Assembly: GCA_014764065.1 (NCBI GenBank)
Contig: JACXUG010000001.1
Span: 17,234 to 49,233 of the forward strand
DNA length: 32,000 nt
Source of the DNA: Campylobacterales bacterium
Lineage (GTDB): Bacteria > Campylobacterota > Campylobacteria > Campylobacterales > Sulfurimonadaceae
Direction of reading: 5' to 3'
Below the pieces are notes generated by a model that saw only the letters and a program-made list of their open reading frames with translations, was not told the origin of the DNA and made no database searches. The position numbers and the translations under genes were made by a program. Position 1 is the first letter of the stretch. Every line of letters starts with the position of its first letter. Positions 16,582-25,274 of the stretch are shown piece by piece.

Positions 16582-17639
16582 AGTATCTTCATATCATGAA
16601 GAACGAGAAGTTCATCGCACCCTTTATCGAACTGATCAATCAAAACTTTGACCCGCAGGAGCATTTGTTTGTCGTGCTCGGAGGCGTTTCAGAGGCAAAG
16701 CACCCACTCCCTGATGCGGAGAACGTCGTGCTCCTGAAACGTTCCTTGGCATACAAACACAATCTTTTCTTGCTTTCACGAAAACTGACTCCGTATTTTG
16801 AGCAGGCGGAAAAAGTCTTTCTGCATAGCCTGCTTGTGAGGCAGATCATCGATTTCTTGTTTTTTCATCCGCGCTTTTCGCGTAAAACATATTGGATCAT
16901 CTGGGGTGGTGATCTCTATGACTACCATGCGAAAAGACGGAAGATAATGAAGAGGTTTCATCTTTACAAAAAGCAGAAGGTGATCAGCCGGCTGGGGGGT
17001 ATCGTCCAGTTCAACCGGGGCGAATACGAGCTGGCCCGTGAGTGGTACGGGGCGACAGGCAGCTTTCACAACTGCATCTTCTACCCAGTCTATAAGCCGA
17101 TGGAGCTGCCGGAAAAAACAGAAGATACTCTCTATATTCAGGTGGGGAACTCGGCGACGGCTTCTAATCACCACTTCGAAGCGTTCGCGAAGCTTGTCCC
17201 CTATGCTGCGCAGCAAATCAAGGTGGTCTGCCCGCTCTCCTACGGCAATAAAACCTATCGTGAAAGGGTCATTGCCCGCGGCCGGGAACTGTTCGGCGAC
17301 AAATTTGTCCCCCTCGTGGATTTTATGCCTTTCGATGCCTATATGGACCTTCTCGCTAAAATCGATATCGCCCTGTTCGACCACAGCAGGCAGCAGGCGC
17401 TTGGAAACATCATTGCTCTGCTTGGTTATGGGAAAAAAGTTTATCTGCGACGGGACGTAACCACCTGGCAGATGCTGCGCGACAAGGGTATAGAGGTGTT
17501 CGATATCGCACAGGTCAATCTCGAGCCCCTTGACGAGGCGGCGAAAGCACAAAACCGACGGGAAGTGGAGGCGCACTTTTCGGAAGCAGCCTGTATCGCC
17601 CAGTGGAAAAATGTTTTAAAGGCTCCTTTGAATGATTAA
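16578..17639 (+). CDS. GT56-family glycosyltransferase, WecF-like (dTDP-4-acetamido-4,6-dideoxyhexose transferase)
   Basis: YWIIWGGDLYDY, IQVGNSATASNHH, KVVCPLSYGN, MPFDAYMDLLAKIDIALFDHSRQQALGNI parallel remembered E. coli WecF blocks (WHIWGADLYE, ILVGNSGDRSNEH, KVVVPMGYP, LEFDAYLALL...RQQGIG). ATGA overlap with the GT2 gene. Confidence 0.72.
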   Translation: MKYLHIMKNEKFIAPFIELINQNFDPQEHLFVVLGGVSEAKHPLPDAENVVLLKRSLAYKHNLFLLSRKLTPYFEQAEKVFLHSLLVRQIIDFLFFHPRFSRKTYWIIWGGDLYDYHAKRRKIMKRFHLYKKQKVISRLGGIVQFNRGEYELAREWYGATGSFHNCIFYPVYKPMELPEKTEDTLYIQVGNSATASNHHFEAFAKLVPYAAQQIKVVCPLSYGNKTYRERVIARGRELFGDKFVPLVDFMPFDAYMDLLAKIDIALFDHSRQQALGNIIALLGYGKKVYLRRDVTTWQMLRDKGIEVFDIAQVNLEPLDEAAKAQNRREVEAHFSEAACIAQWKNVLKAPLND

Positions 17640-18711
17640 TGTAACGAAAACATGGTTACCGGATAAAGAGAAGTATATTTCGTACATCGACAAAATTTAC
17701 GAAAGTGGGTGGGTTACGAATAATGGGCCGCTCGTTAAGGAGCTTGAAAAACGGCTGGAAGATTATTTAGGTGTGAAAAATATGATCCTCGTTGCCAATG
17801 GAACGACTGCATTGGAGATCGCATACCGGCTTTTAAAGCTTGAAGGGGAGGTAGTGACGACACCATTCAGTTTTGTTGCTACGACCAGTTCCCTGGTATC
17901 CAATGGCTTGCAGCCGATTTTTGCGGATATTGGTTCGCGGTCATTTAACATTGACCCTGGAAAGATTGGAAGTGTGATCAGCGATCAGACCTCTGCCATT
18001 GTCCCCACGCATGTCTTTGGGAATGCTTGTGATGTTGAAGCGATCAAAAATATTGCCCGACAATATAATCTGAAAGTCATTTACGATGGGGCCCATATTT
18101 TTGGGGTCCGGTATCAAGGGGAAAGCCTCCTGAAGCACGGTGATGTTTCAACACTTAGCTTCCATGCCACTAAATTGTTTCATACTGTTGAAGGCGGTGC
18201 ACTTATTGTCAATGATGATTCTTTAGTGGAAGAGGCCCGTTTTCTTATCAACTTCGGTATTGACGGTCCTGATTCAATCAAGGCATTGGGGACGAATGCA
18301 AAGATGAATGAACTCGAAGCAGCGATGGGTTTGTGTGTTCTGGATGATATTGATTTAATTCTGGAAAAAAGAGAAGAGGTTCATTACCGATACCAGAACG
18401 CTTTGGAAGGCTTAGTCGATTTTCAGGAACAAAATCTACAGAGCAGCAGAAATTACAGTTATTTTCCTATTGTCATGGAAAGCGAAGCGAAGACTTTAGA
18501 GTTACAAAAGGCTTTGAACGAAGCGAAGATTTATCCAAGAAGATATTTCTATCCTTCCCTGGACACAGTGAATTACATTTCGAATCATCAGGTTATGCCG
18601 GTTTCACGGGATATCGCTAGCCGTATCCTGTGTCTACCGCTCTATCCGGGATTGGAATTACAAGATCAGGAACGTATCATTTCTCTTATCGAAAAGACGC
18701 TGAAAGTGTAG
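17632..18711 (+). CDS. DegT/DnrJ/EryC1/StrS-family PLP-dependent sugar aminotransferase (dTDP-4-keto-6-deoxyhexose aminotransferase)
   Basis: [21 protein letters not shown], and the Schiff-base Lys context [18 protein letters not shown]. 359 aa. 8-nt overlap with the GT56 gene. Confidence 0.88.
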   Translation: MINVTKTWLPDKEKYISYIDKIYESGWVTNNGPLVKELEKRLEDYLGVKNMILVANGTTALEIAYRLLKLEGEVVTTPFSFVATTSSLVSNGLQPIFADIGSRSFNIDPGKIGSVISDQTSAIVPTHVFGNACDVEAIKNIARQYNLKVIYDGAHIFGVRYQGESLLKHGDVSTLSFHATKLFHTVEGGALIVNDDSLVEEARFLINFGIDGPDSIKALGTNAKMNELEAAMGLCVLDDIDLILEKREEVHYRYQNALEGLVDFQEQNLQSSRNYSYFPIVMESEAKTLELQKALNEAKIYPRRYFYPSLDTVNYISNHQVMPVSRDIASRILCLPLYPGLELQDQERIISLIEKTLKV

Positions 18712-18713
18712 TC

Positions 18714-19286
18714 ATGGGGAAGTATAAAATTCCTTTCGTAAAAACATTTGAGTTTACCAAAATCATTGGGATCGAGAACATTGACTTTGGCAAGTACGTG
18801 ATCATCGATGATTTCGTCTTGATCTATGCGAAAGAACGGGTACGGATTGGTAATTATGTCCATATCGCCTCTTTTACATCGGTTAGCGGTGGTGGGGAGC
18901 TGGTGATGGAGGAGCTGAGCGCGGTTTCATCAGGTTGCCGTCTCATTACTGGAACGGACGATTTCAAGGAGTGGGGTTTTGGAAATTCAACGATTGCGAA
19001 TGAATTTAGGAATGTGAAGATGGGTAAGATCCATATTGGCAAGTTTGTCGTTATCGGGGGCAACAGCGTTATCCTGCCGGGGGTGACGATCGGTGAGGGA
19101 GCCGCAGTGGGTGCGGGTTCGGTGGTTACCAAGGATCTGGAGCCGTGGGGAATCTACGTTGGGAACAATAGGATTGGTTCACGGGACAGAGAGGCTGTCA
19201 TGCGTCACTATGAGCGTTTTCTTTCCTTGCCGGAGGCCGAGCGCATAGGGGTGCTGTTCGCTCGCGATCTGTCGGACGTGTCCTGA
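18714..19286 (+). CDS. Left-handed beta-helix (hexapeptide-repeat) acetyltransferase; likely amino-sugar N-acetyltransferase
   Basis: Hexapeptide repeats [34 protein letters not shown] 18714 starts 3 nt after the aminotransferase stop. The track start at 18630 lies inside the upstream gene. Confidence 0.8.
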   Translation: MGKYKIPFVKTFEFTKIIGIENIDFGKYVIIDDFVLIYAKERVRIGNYVHIASFTSVSGGGELVMEELSAVSSGCRLITGTDDFKEWGFGNSTIANEFRNVKMGKIHIGKFVVIGGNSVILPGVTIGEGAAVGAGSVVTKDLEPWGIYVGNNRIGSRDREAVMRHYERFLSLPEAERIGVLFARDLSDVS

Positions 19287-19289
19287 GTT

Positions 19290-19643
19290 TTACCGGCTGA
19301 ACTGCCGATTCTCTTCGAAGCTCCTGATCAGAACTTCATTCATCCGCTTTTTCTCTTTCAGTCTGATCTTCTCGTAGCTTTTCGTATTGCGTATCTCGTT
19401 GTTGAATGCCTTTGAAAGGAGGTCGGAGATGACGAAAGTCTCGTCTTCGCAGATGATGGCGTTTTCGTTCCAGTTCCCGACGAAGGCGCATTCACGGTGG
19501 TAGTCCGGGGCGATGTCGAGGTGTGACGTCAGGTGCGTCACCTTCTTCGGTCCCGTGCCCGGCAGGCGGATATAGAGCGGTGTGCCAACCTGCTCACGGT
19601 CGTGAGCAGGTTGGCTTTGAAAAAAAGGAGAGATGCTGCGGTG
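19290..19643 (-). pseudogene. C-terminal relic of an LtaS/sulfatase-family (phosphoglycerol/phosphoethanolamine-transferase-like) gene
   Basis: The open frame reads ..GTPLYIRLPGTGPKKVTHLTSHLDIAPDY.., resembling the vPlii.Pg....s..Di.PT block near the end of sulfatase domains. Only about 100 codons remain, with no N-terminal membrane or catalytic part. The first in-frame start is GTG 19541. Confidence 0.42.
19584..19615. repeat. Perfect inverted repeat: 14-bp stem, 4-nt loop
   Basis: GCCAACCTGCTCAC-ggtc-GTGAGCAGGTTGGC, read directly. It lies between the two sulfatase-family relics and has no adjacent U-tract on either strand. Confidence 0.9.
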
Positions 19644-19721
19644 TCATAGTGTCGCTTTTTGGTGAAAGTATACCAGAGGGCCGCAACACTGTATAATACG
19701 CCTTAAAAAGGGTATTGACGC

Positions 19722-20324
19722 TTGAACGATTCGCCGACGCAATACTATTTCGGCCTGCTGCGGCAGACAGTGAAACTCCAGCTCCTTTTCTTGGGGCTGC
19801 TTTCCCTCTCCCGTCTACTCTTTTTCTGGCAGTTCTCCCCGGCGAAGGCGGCTTTCCCCGGCCGAGAGCTGGCAGAGGCGTTCTTTCTGGGGCTACGGAT
19901 CGATCTGCTCCTCGTCTGCTACCTCTCTGCCCTTCCGCTGCTGCTGATCATCCTCAACCACCTGGCACGTTCCATCATACCGCTGCCGTGGCTGACCCGG
20001 TTTTTCCGGGGCTACTTTACCCTGACGTACCTGATCGTTAGCGCCCTGGTGGGGATCGATTTCGGTTTCTACTCCTACTTCGGCGAGCACATCACGATCA
20101 TGCTCTTCGGTTTTTTCGATGACGATACCTGGGCCCTCGTTCAGATCGGTCTCAAAAACTACAACGTCACCCTGATCATCGGGCTGGTACTTTTCTATAT
20201 TGTCGCCCTCGTATGGCTTGTCGGCCGTTTTTTCCGTGATGTCCGCCCGACGGGCGCGGCGGCCGGACCGCTCAGAGCGGCAGGTGTATCAAGCGGCGAA
20301 ACCCGTATGGGAAAAGGGGAGTGA
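19722..20324 (+). pseudogene. N-terminal multi-pass membrane domain of an LtaS/sulfatase-family protein, truncated before the catalytic domain
   Basis: TTG start with AAGGG 9 nt upstream. About five hydrophobic helices including FFLGLRIDLLLVCYL (the GLRfDl motif of LtaS/MdoB-like membrane domains). The frame ends in non-homologous RPTGAAAGPLRAAGVSSGETRMGKGE immediately before msbA, with no sulfatase domain. Confidence 0.45.
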
Positions 20325-22034
20325 ATGAAACAGACGTTCCGGCGGTTCTGGCCGTATATCAAGGGGTATAAAGGCTACTATGTCATCGTCCTTATCGGGA
20401 TCATCATGACGGTACTCGCCACCGTGGCGACGGCGCAAATCATGCAGCCGCTGATGGACAAGATGTTCATCGAGAAAGACCAGCAGATGCTCTACTACAT
20501 CCCTCTGATGATGATCGTCATCTATGTCGTCAAATCGGTCGGGCGCTACCTGCAGGCCGTCTTCATGAACTATATCGGTCAGCATATCATTACCCGGCTG
20601 CGTTCGCAGCTGCTTGACCATATGCTGCACCTGGACATGGCCTTCTTGCATGCCAACCGCAGCGGGGAGCTGATCAGCCGCATTACCAATGACATCAACC
20701 GGGTGCAGTATTTCGTCTCCAACATGCTGCCCGAACTGGTCCGGGAGCTGCTGACGGCAGTCGGCCTCGTCGTCTACGTCATCTATCTCAATGCCGAACT
20801 CGCCTTCTACTCCCTGGTCGTGCTCCCGTTGGCGATCTATCCGCTGATCCTCATCGCCAAGCGCCTGCGCCGCCTTTCGCACCGTTCGCAGGAGAAGAAC
20901 GCCGACGTCGTCACCCGCCTGACCGAGGTGTTCAACAACGCCGAGATCATCAAGGCCAACGGGACCGAAGCCTACGAGATGGGGCGCTTCGACGCGGAGA
21001 ACAACAAGTTCTTCAAGCTGAACATGAAGGCGGTCTATACGAATGAGATTGTCTCGCCGATGATGGAGGTCCTAGGGGCGACCGGGCTGGCCGCCGTCAT
21101 CTTTATTGCCGGGCAGCAGGTGTTCAATAGCCAGATGACCGTAGGGGAGTTCACAGCGTTCCTGACGGCTGTGGGGCTCACGTTCCAGCCGATGCGGCGC
21201 GTCAGCTCCATCTACGGGAAGATCCAGAACGCCATCGCCGCGAGCGAACGGATCTTCAATGTGCTGGACCGTCAAAGCGTGATCGAAGAGGGGACGGAGC
21301 TCCTGGAAGTGCCGATCCGGGAGATTGAATTCAACCAGGTATCGCTTGATTACGGGGAAAAGCGCGCATTGCGGGATGTGTCGCTCTCGATCCACCCTTC
21401 CGAGCAGATCGCCCTTGTCGGCGACAGCGGGGGCGGGAAGAGCTCGCTGGTCAACCTGCTGTTGCGTTTTTACGACCCGTCCGAGGGGGTACTGCGCATC
21501 AACGGCCGGGACGTGCGGGAGTATGACCACCGCTCCCTGCTCAAACAGATGGCCGTCGTCTCCCAGCGCGTTTACGTCATGCAGGACAGCCTCGCCGAAA
21601 ACGTCGCGTACGGCCTCGAACTGGACGAAGCACGGGTCATCGAGGCACTGAAGTTGGCCGACGCCTACGACTTTGCTCAGGGATTGCCGGAGGGGATTCA
21701 TACCCCGATGGAAGAGGGGGGTGTGAACCTCTCTGGCGGCCAGCGCCAGCGCATCGCCATCGCACGGGCGATCTACAAGAATGCATCGGTCCTGATCCTC
21801 GATGAAGCGACCAGTGCGCTGGACAACGAGAGCGAATACCGCATCCAGAAGGCGCTGGCGTCCTACTCGAAAGACAAGATCACCATCATGATCGCCCACC
21901 GCCTCACCACGGTGGAGCACGCCGACCGGCTCTACTTCTTCAAAGCCGGTGAGATCACGGACACGGGAAGCTTCGCGGAGCTGATGGAGCGCTCGGAGGA
22001 TTTCCAGCGTATCGCGCGCAGCTACGAAGGGTAG
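20325..22034 (+). CDS. msbA: ABC transporter permease/ATPase, lipid A-core flippase MsbA-like
   Basis: Six-helix transmembrane domain followed by a nucleotide-binding domain: Walker A GDSGGGKSS, signature LSGGQRQRIAIARA, Walker B VLILDEATSALD. 569 aa. Sits at the edge of the LPS locus. Confidence 0.85.
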   Translation: MKQTFRRFWPYIKGYKGYYVIVLIGIIMTVLATVATAQIMQPLMDKMFIEKDQQMLYYIPLMMIVIYVVKSVGRYLQAVFMNYIGQHIITRLRSQLLDHMLHLDMAFLHANRSGELISRITNDINRVQYFVSNMLPELVRELLTAVGLVVYVIYLNAELAFYSLVVLPLAIYPLILIAKRLRRLSHRSQEKNADVVTRLTEVFNNAEIIKANGTEAYEMGRFDAENNKFFKLNMKAVYTNEIVSPMMEVLGATGLAAVIFIAGQQVFNSQMTVGEFTAFLTAVGLTFQPMRRVSSIYGKIQNAIAASERIFNVLDRQSVIEEGTELLEVPIREIEFNQVSLDYGEKRALRDVSLSIHPSEQIALVGDSGGGKSSLVNLLLRFYDPSEGVLRINGRDVREYDHRSLLKQMAVVSQRVYVMQDSLAENVAYGLELDEARVIEALKLADAYDFAQGLPEGIHTPMEEGGVNLSGGQRQRIAIARAIYKNASVLILDEATSALDNESEYRIQKALASYSKDKITIMIAHRLTTVEHADRLYFFKAGEITDTGSFAELMERSEDFQRIARSYEG

Positions 22035-22179
22035 TCCAGACAGGTTGGCCGCTCCTGAACGAATAGTAGTTTGCGACGGCCCCACTAACACCTTTTTCAC
22101 TCCTCCCCTCTCTCTTTTGACGCTACAGGGCCTAACGATCGTCGGCATAGCCCGTTGTCTGGTATTGTGACTGAACTAA

Positions 22180-22386
22180 CGACAGTGGTATGAAAATCCT
22201 ACTATACTTGTGAAAGATGCTTGCAAGGAGGGCGGGGCGTGGTTCGCCTTTGATTACGACACGATCCGACCGGCGGGTGCCGCGATCAGGGGCTTCGGCG
22301 GCACCGCTTCGGGTCCGGACCCGCTCAAGACGCTGCATCGGAGGATCGAGAGCCGTTTCTGCTCGAACGACACCTGCGAGCTTTAA
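22180..22386 (+). pseudogene. Isolated fragment resembling the active-site region of a ribonucleotide reductase (most like B12-dependent class II)
   Basis: A 68-codon open frame reads ..KEGGAWFAFDYDTIRPAGAAIRGFGGTASGPDPLKTL.., matching the GGG.G...s.iRP.G..i...GG.aSGP pattern of RNR catalytic subunits. It has no start codon, no RBS, and a stop on each side. Full-length RNR catalytic subunits are roughly ten-fold longer or more. Confidence 0.42.
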
Positions 22387-22583
22387 GCGGGGTCTACCGC
22401 ATACGGGCAAACGATACGAAATGGATCACGGGTAGAAAAGAAAGTCTGTAAAAAGAGGGTGTTCTACACAGTAGAACTTTCATAGGCGATTTTTTCTAAA
22501 ATCAAGGTGGAATAGCATGAAGCGTACTCATGTAAGTGAGTGTTATGACAACGATGAGTTTGGGAAAAAGCGTCTAATGAAAG

Positions 22584-22658
22584 TGGCTCCGGATACTGGA
22601 TTCGAACCAGTGACCAAGTGATTAACAGTCACCTACTCTACCGCTGAGCTAATCCGGA
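22584..22658 (-). tRNA. tRNA-Asn (anticodon GTT)
   Basis: The 75-nt cloverleaf was folded by hand. Acceptor TCCGGAT/ATCCGGA, D arm GCTC-AGCGGTA-GAGT, anticodon arm GGTGA-CTGTTAA-TCACT, variable TGGTC, T arm ACTGG-TTCGAAT-CCAGT, discriminator G, encoded CCA. Confidence 0.93.
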
Positions 22659-22675
22659 ATCGTTAAGAGGCCGAA

Positions 22676-22704
22676 ATTATAAAAGAAACTTCCTGAAAAG
22701 TCAA
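22676..22704 (-). promoter_or_regulatory. Near-consensus sigma70-type promoter for tRNA-Asn (TTGACT-N17-TATAAT)
   Basis: The minus strand reads gaattcTTGACTtttcaggaagtttctttTATAATttcggcctcttaacgaT-tRNA. The -10 hexamer ends 17 nt before the mature tRNA 5' end. The radical-SAM stop codon TGA is embedded in the -35 hexamer. Confidence 0.5.
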
Positions 22705-23645
22705 GAATTCTTGGTGCGTTTTCGGTGGAGGTTTCCGGACGGGATGTAGAAGGTGATCCCGGAGCTCTCTTCGGCAACGATCCGGCCCGTGTCAACGAGG
22801 GCCCGGAAACGCGCCTGGCTCTCATTGTCGAAGAGCAGGGCGATCTCCTCCATGCTCAGCGGCCGCTTGTCGAGGGTGTTGAGGATCGCATCGTCACTGT
22901 AGCGTCCCTGGCACGATTCGGCATGGGTGCGCGAGGCGATGTGGACGGGGAGGTCCGGGTCGAATTTGGAGGCGACATCGTGAAGCTCGCCGTAGCTCAG
23001 CCCCTGCACGGGGTAGGCCGGGGGCCGGTCGATCGTACCGATGTCGATCCGCTTGCAGGGGATGTCGTGCAAGACCGCATTGAGAGCGGCGATCTCCTCG
23101 TCGCTGTCGTTGAGGCCGTGGACGAAGAGGATCTCCAGGTAGAGATCGCCGCGGTACGTTGTGGCGAACGTTTTGATGGCATCAACGAGCGCACCGATCT
23201 CGATCCCTTCGGCGGGGCGGTCGATCTTGCGGAAGACCTCCGGTGTGACCGCGTCGAGGGAGAGTTTGACCTGGTCGAACTTGAGCAGGGTCGTAAAGGT
23301 TTTTGGGTCGGTCAGGGTGGCGCTGTTGGTGAGGATGAGGGTCTTCGTATCGCCCTTGACGGCGTCGATGCGGTCAATAAGGGAATCCAGCTCGGGGTAG
23401 AGGGTCGGCTCGCCGTTGGCGGTGACGGTGATGTCGTCGATGCCAGGATGCTCAGACAGGGCGCTTCGCAGTTCGGCGATGATCTCGTCGACGCCGCTGC
23501 GCTGCGTCTGTACGGTGACAGGCGCAGCGGGGGCGAGCTCGCAGTAGAGGCAGTCGAAATTGCACTGTTTGAGCCCGGGCGAGAGGTCGATGCCCAGCGA
23601 CGTGCCGAAACGGCGGGAGTTGACGGGGCCGAAGATAGCGCTCAT
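22701..23645 (-). CDS. Radical SAM protein of unassigned subfamily, with a C-terminal winged-helix-like tail
   Basis: MSAIFGPVNSRRFGTSLGIDLSPGLKQCNFDCLYCE carries the CxxxCxxC cluster motif. ATG 23645 is preferred. The track start at 23840 would overlap hemE by about 170 nt and adds an Arg/Pro-rich non-protein-like extension. Confidence 0.8.
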   Translation of the reverse strand: MSAIFGPVNSRRFGTSLGIDLSPGLKQCNFDCLYCELAPAAPVTVQTQRSGVDEIIAELRSALSEHPGIDDITVTANGEPTLYPELDSLIDRIDAVKGDTKTLILTNSATLTDPKTFTTLLKFDQVKLSLDAVTPEVFRKIDRPAEGIEIGALVDAIKTFATTYRGDLYLEILFVHGLNDSDEEIAALNAVLHDIPCKRIDIGTIDRPPAYPVQGLSYGELHDVASKFDPDLPVHIASRTHAESCQGRYSDDAILNTLDKRPLSMEEIALLFDNESQARFRALVDTGRIVAEESSGITFYIPSGNLHRKRTKNS

Positions 23646-23668
23646 CGTTTGGACCGATACGTTATGCG

Positions 23669-24718
23669 TCAGGCTTTGGTGCTGACGCGGTGGCACTCGT
23701 TGACGAAGTGGATGGCGTTTTCGACGGGAACGTCGGGCAGGATGCCGTGGCCGAGGTTGAAGATGTGGCGTTTGCCGCCCATGGTCTTCTGGATTGCTTC
23801 GATGCAGGCCGTCGTCGCCTCCTTGGAGTAGAGGCGGCATGGTTCCATATTGCCCTGCAGGACGTACTTGTCGCCCAGCTTCTCCTTAGCCAGGGCCATC
23901 GGCGTGCCCCAGTCGATGCCCATGACGTCGAAGTTACCGTAGACGAGTCCGCGCTCGATAAAGGCCGCGATCCCTTTGGGGAACATGATGACTGGCACGT
24001 GCGGGTACTTCGCTTTGAGGTATTCGGCGATCTCGACCATGTACTGCCAGGAGAACTCGTCGTATTTGCCCGGTTCGATGGCCGCGGCCCAGGAGTCGAA
24101 GATCTGCACGACGTCGACGCCGCTCTGGATCTGTTTCTCCATGTAGTACTTGACGACTTCGGTGACTTTTTTCAGTACGCTGTGCAGCAGTTCGGGGTTG
24201 GAGTACATCATCTTCTTGCAGATGTTGTAGGTCTTTGTCCCCTGGCCTTCGATCATGTAGGTTGCCAGCGTCCACGGGGCACCGGTAAAGCCGATCAGCG
24301 CCTTCTCGTCACCGCGCTCGTCAAGCTGTTTGCGTAGCAGCTTGATCGTGTCGTAGACGTAGGTGAGCTTGTCCGCTGCCTCCTCGCCGCCGAGGAGACG
24401 GTCAACGTCCGCTTGGCATGTGATGGGGTCGCTGAATTTCGGCCCCTCGCCCTTGACGAAGGAGAGGTCCATACCCATTTCATTGGGAATAACGAGGATG
24501 TCGCTGAAGAGGATCGCTGCGTCGACGCCGACGATGTCAAGGGGCTGGAGCGTGACCTCCGCCGCTTTTTCCGGATCGTGGCAGAGATTCAGGAAGCTAC
24601 CTGCCTTGGCACGGACTTCCATGTATTCGGGCAGGTAGCGTCCGGCCTGGCGCATCATCCAGACCGGGGTATACGGCGTCTCTTTTCCGAGGCAGGCATC
24701 GACGAAAATTTTACTCAT
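23669..24718 (-). CDS. hemE: Uroporphyrinogen decarboxylase
   Basis: [15 protein letters not shown] signature. 349 aa. RBS AAAGGAAT. Confidence 0.93.
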   Translation of the reverse strand: MSKIFVDACLGKETPYTPVWMMRQAGRYLPEYMEVRAKAGSFLNLCHDPEKAAEVTLQPLDIVGVDAAILFSDILVIPNEMGMDLSFVKGEGPKFSDPITCQADVDRLLGGEEAADKLTYVYDTIKLLRKQLDERGDEKALIGFTGAPWTLATYMIEGQGTKTYNICKKMMYSNPELLHSVLKKVTEVVKYYMEKQIQSGVDVVQIFDSWAAAIEPGKYDEFSWQYMVEIAEYLKAKYPHVPVIMFPKGIAAFIERGLVYGNFDVMGIDWGTPMALAKEKLGDKYVLQGNMEPCRLYSKEATTACIEAIQKTMGGKRHIFNLGHGILPDVPVENAIHFVNECHRVSTKA

Positions 24719-24752
24719 TTATATTCCTTTGGGTGTTGGATTTTGCGGGCGA

Positions 24753-25274
24753 TCAGTGCTGATCGCCTTTGTGCAGAAAGTAGAGGGCGAGCGCCAGCAG
24801 CAGGATCGACCCCGAGAAGTAGAGCATCTCCAGTGCCCCGTTGAACTGGGTGTGCAGGACACGCTGGAAGAAGTTGACGACCAGTACCATGACGATGACC
24901 TTGGCGATCTTGTCCTTGAGCTGGTCGAGGGAGTGGATCTGCAGTACCGAGGAGCTTTTTCCGTCCTCGTCTTCGGCCGCATCGATCTTGGAGACGAAGA
25001 GCTCGTAGACCCCGAGGCTGAAGATCAGCAGCACGATAGCAATGAGGTAGAGGTCGATTGCCCCGATGATGCTCGCCACGACGTCTTCATGCAGGTGCTC
25101 CGGGTGGGCGTGGTGCGCCACGACATCCCACACCAGGGCGAGGACGCCCCAGATGTCGAGGCTGGCGACGACAAAGAGGATAATGGCGCCGATCAGCGAA
25201 AAGACAACGGCAAACAGGGTGAAAAGGCGGCTGTTCCAGAGGCCGGATTCAAACAGCTTCTCAAACATCTGCAC
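24753..25274 (-). CDS. YqhA-family (UPF0114) inner-membrane protein
   Basis: 173 aa with three to four helices. The ...SLDQLKDKIAKVIVMVLVVNFF pattern resembles E. coli YqhA as remembered. The 5' end overlaps the asd stop by 14 nt. Confidence 0.65.
   Translation of the reverse strand: MQMFEKLFESGLWNSRLFTLFAVVFSLIGAIILFVVASLDIWGVLALVWDVVAHHAHPEHLHEDVVASIIGAIDLYLIAIVLLIFSLGVYELFVSKIDAAEDEDGKSSSVLQIHSLDQLKDKIAKVIVMVLVVNFFQRVLHTQFNGALEMLYFSGSILLLALALYFLHKGDQH

Noticed and set aside
13992-17576. Antisense ORFs 13992..14846 (284 aa), 15769..16521 (250 aa) and 16776..17576 (266 aa).
   Set aside because: Each lies wholly within and opposite a gene with clear family motifs (GT90, GT2, GT56). None has motifs of its own.
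20289-22148. Minus-strand ORFs 20289..20882 and 21072..22148 (358 aa) opposite msbA.
   Set aside because: The plus strand encodes a complete ABC transporter with Walker A, signature and Walker B motifs. The antisense frames are compositional artefacts.
22040-22200. Possible cobalamin riboswitch next to the RNR-like fragment (GTGAAAAAGG and GCCGTCGCAAACTAC on the minus strand; CCACTG near 22183-22188).
   Set aside because: It matches the B12-element consensus only loosely and the B12 box is not intact. Its orientation (minus strand) is not upstream of any gene it could regulate.
22132-22435. Track ORFs 22132..22410 (minus, 92 aa) and 22217..22435 (plus, 72 aa) in the msbA to tRNA spacer.
   Set aside because: Neither has an RBS or protein-like composition. 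A third frame in the same DNA carries the RNR-like motif, so the region is better explained as a gene relic.
22517-22621. A 34-codon ORF (MKRTHVSECYDNDEFGKKRLMKVAPDTGFEPVTK) with a good RBS (AAGGTGG).
   Set aside because: Its 3' third is simply the antisense of tRNA-Asn and it has no recognisable family. The good RBS is noted, but this is most likely a chance ORF in degraded DNA.
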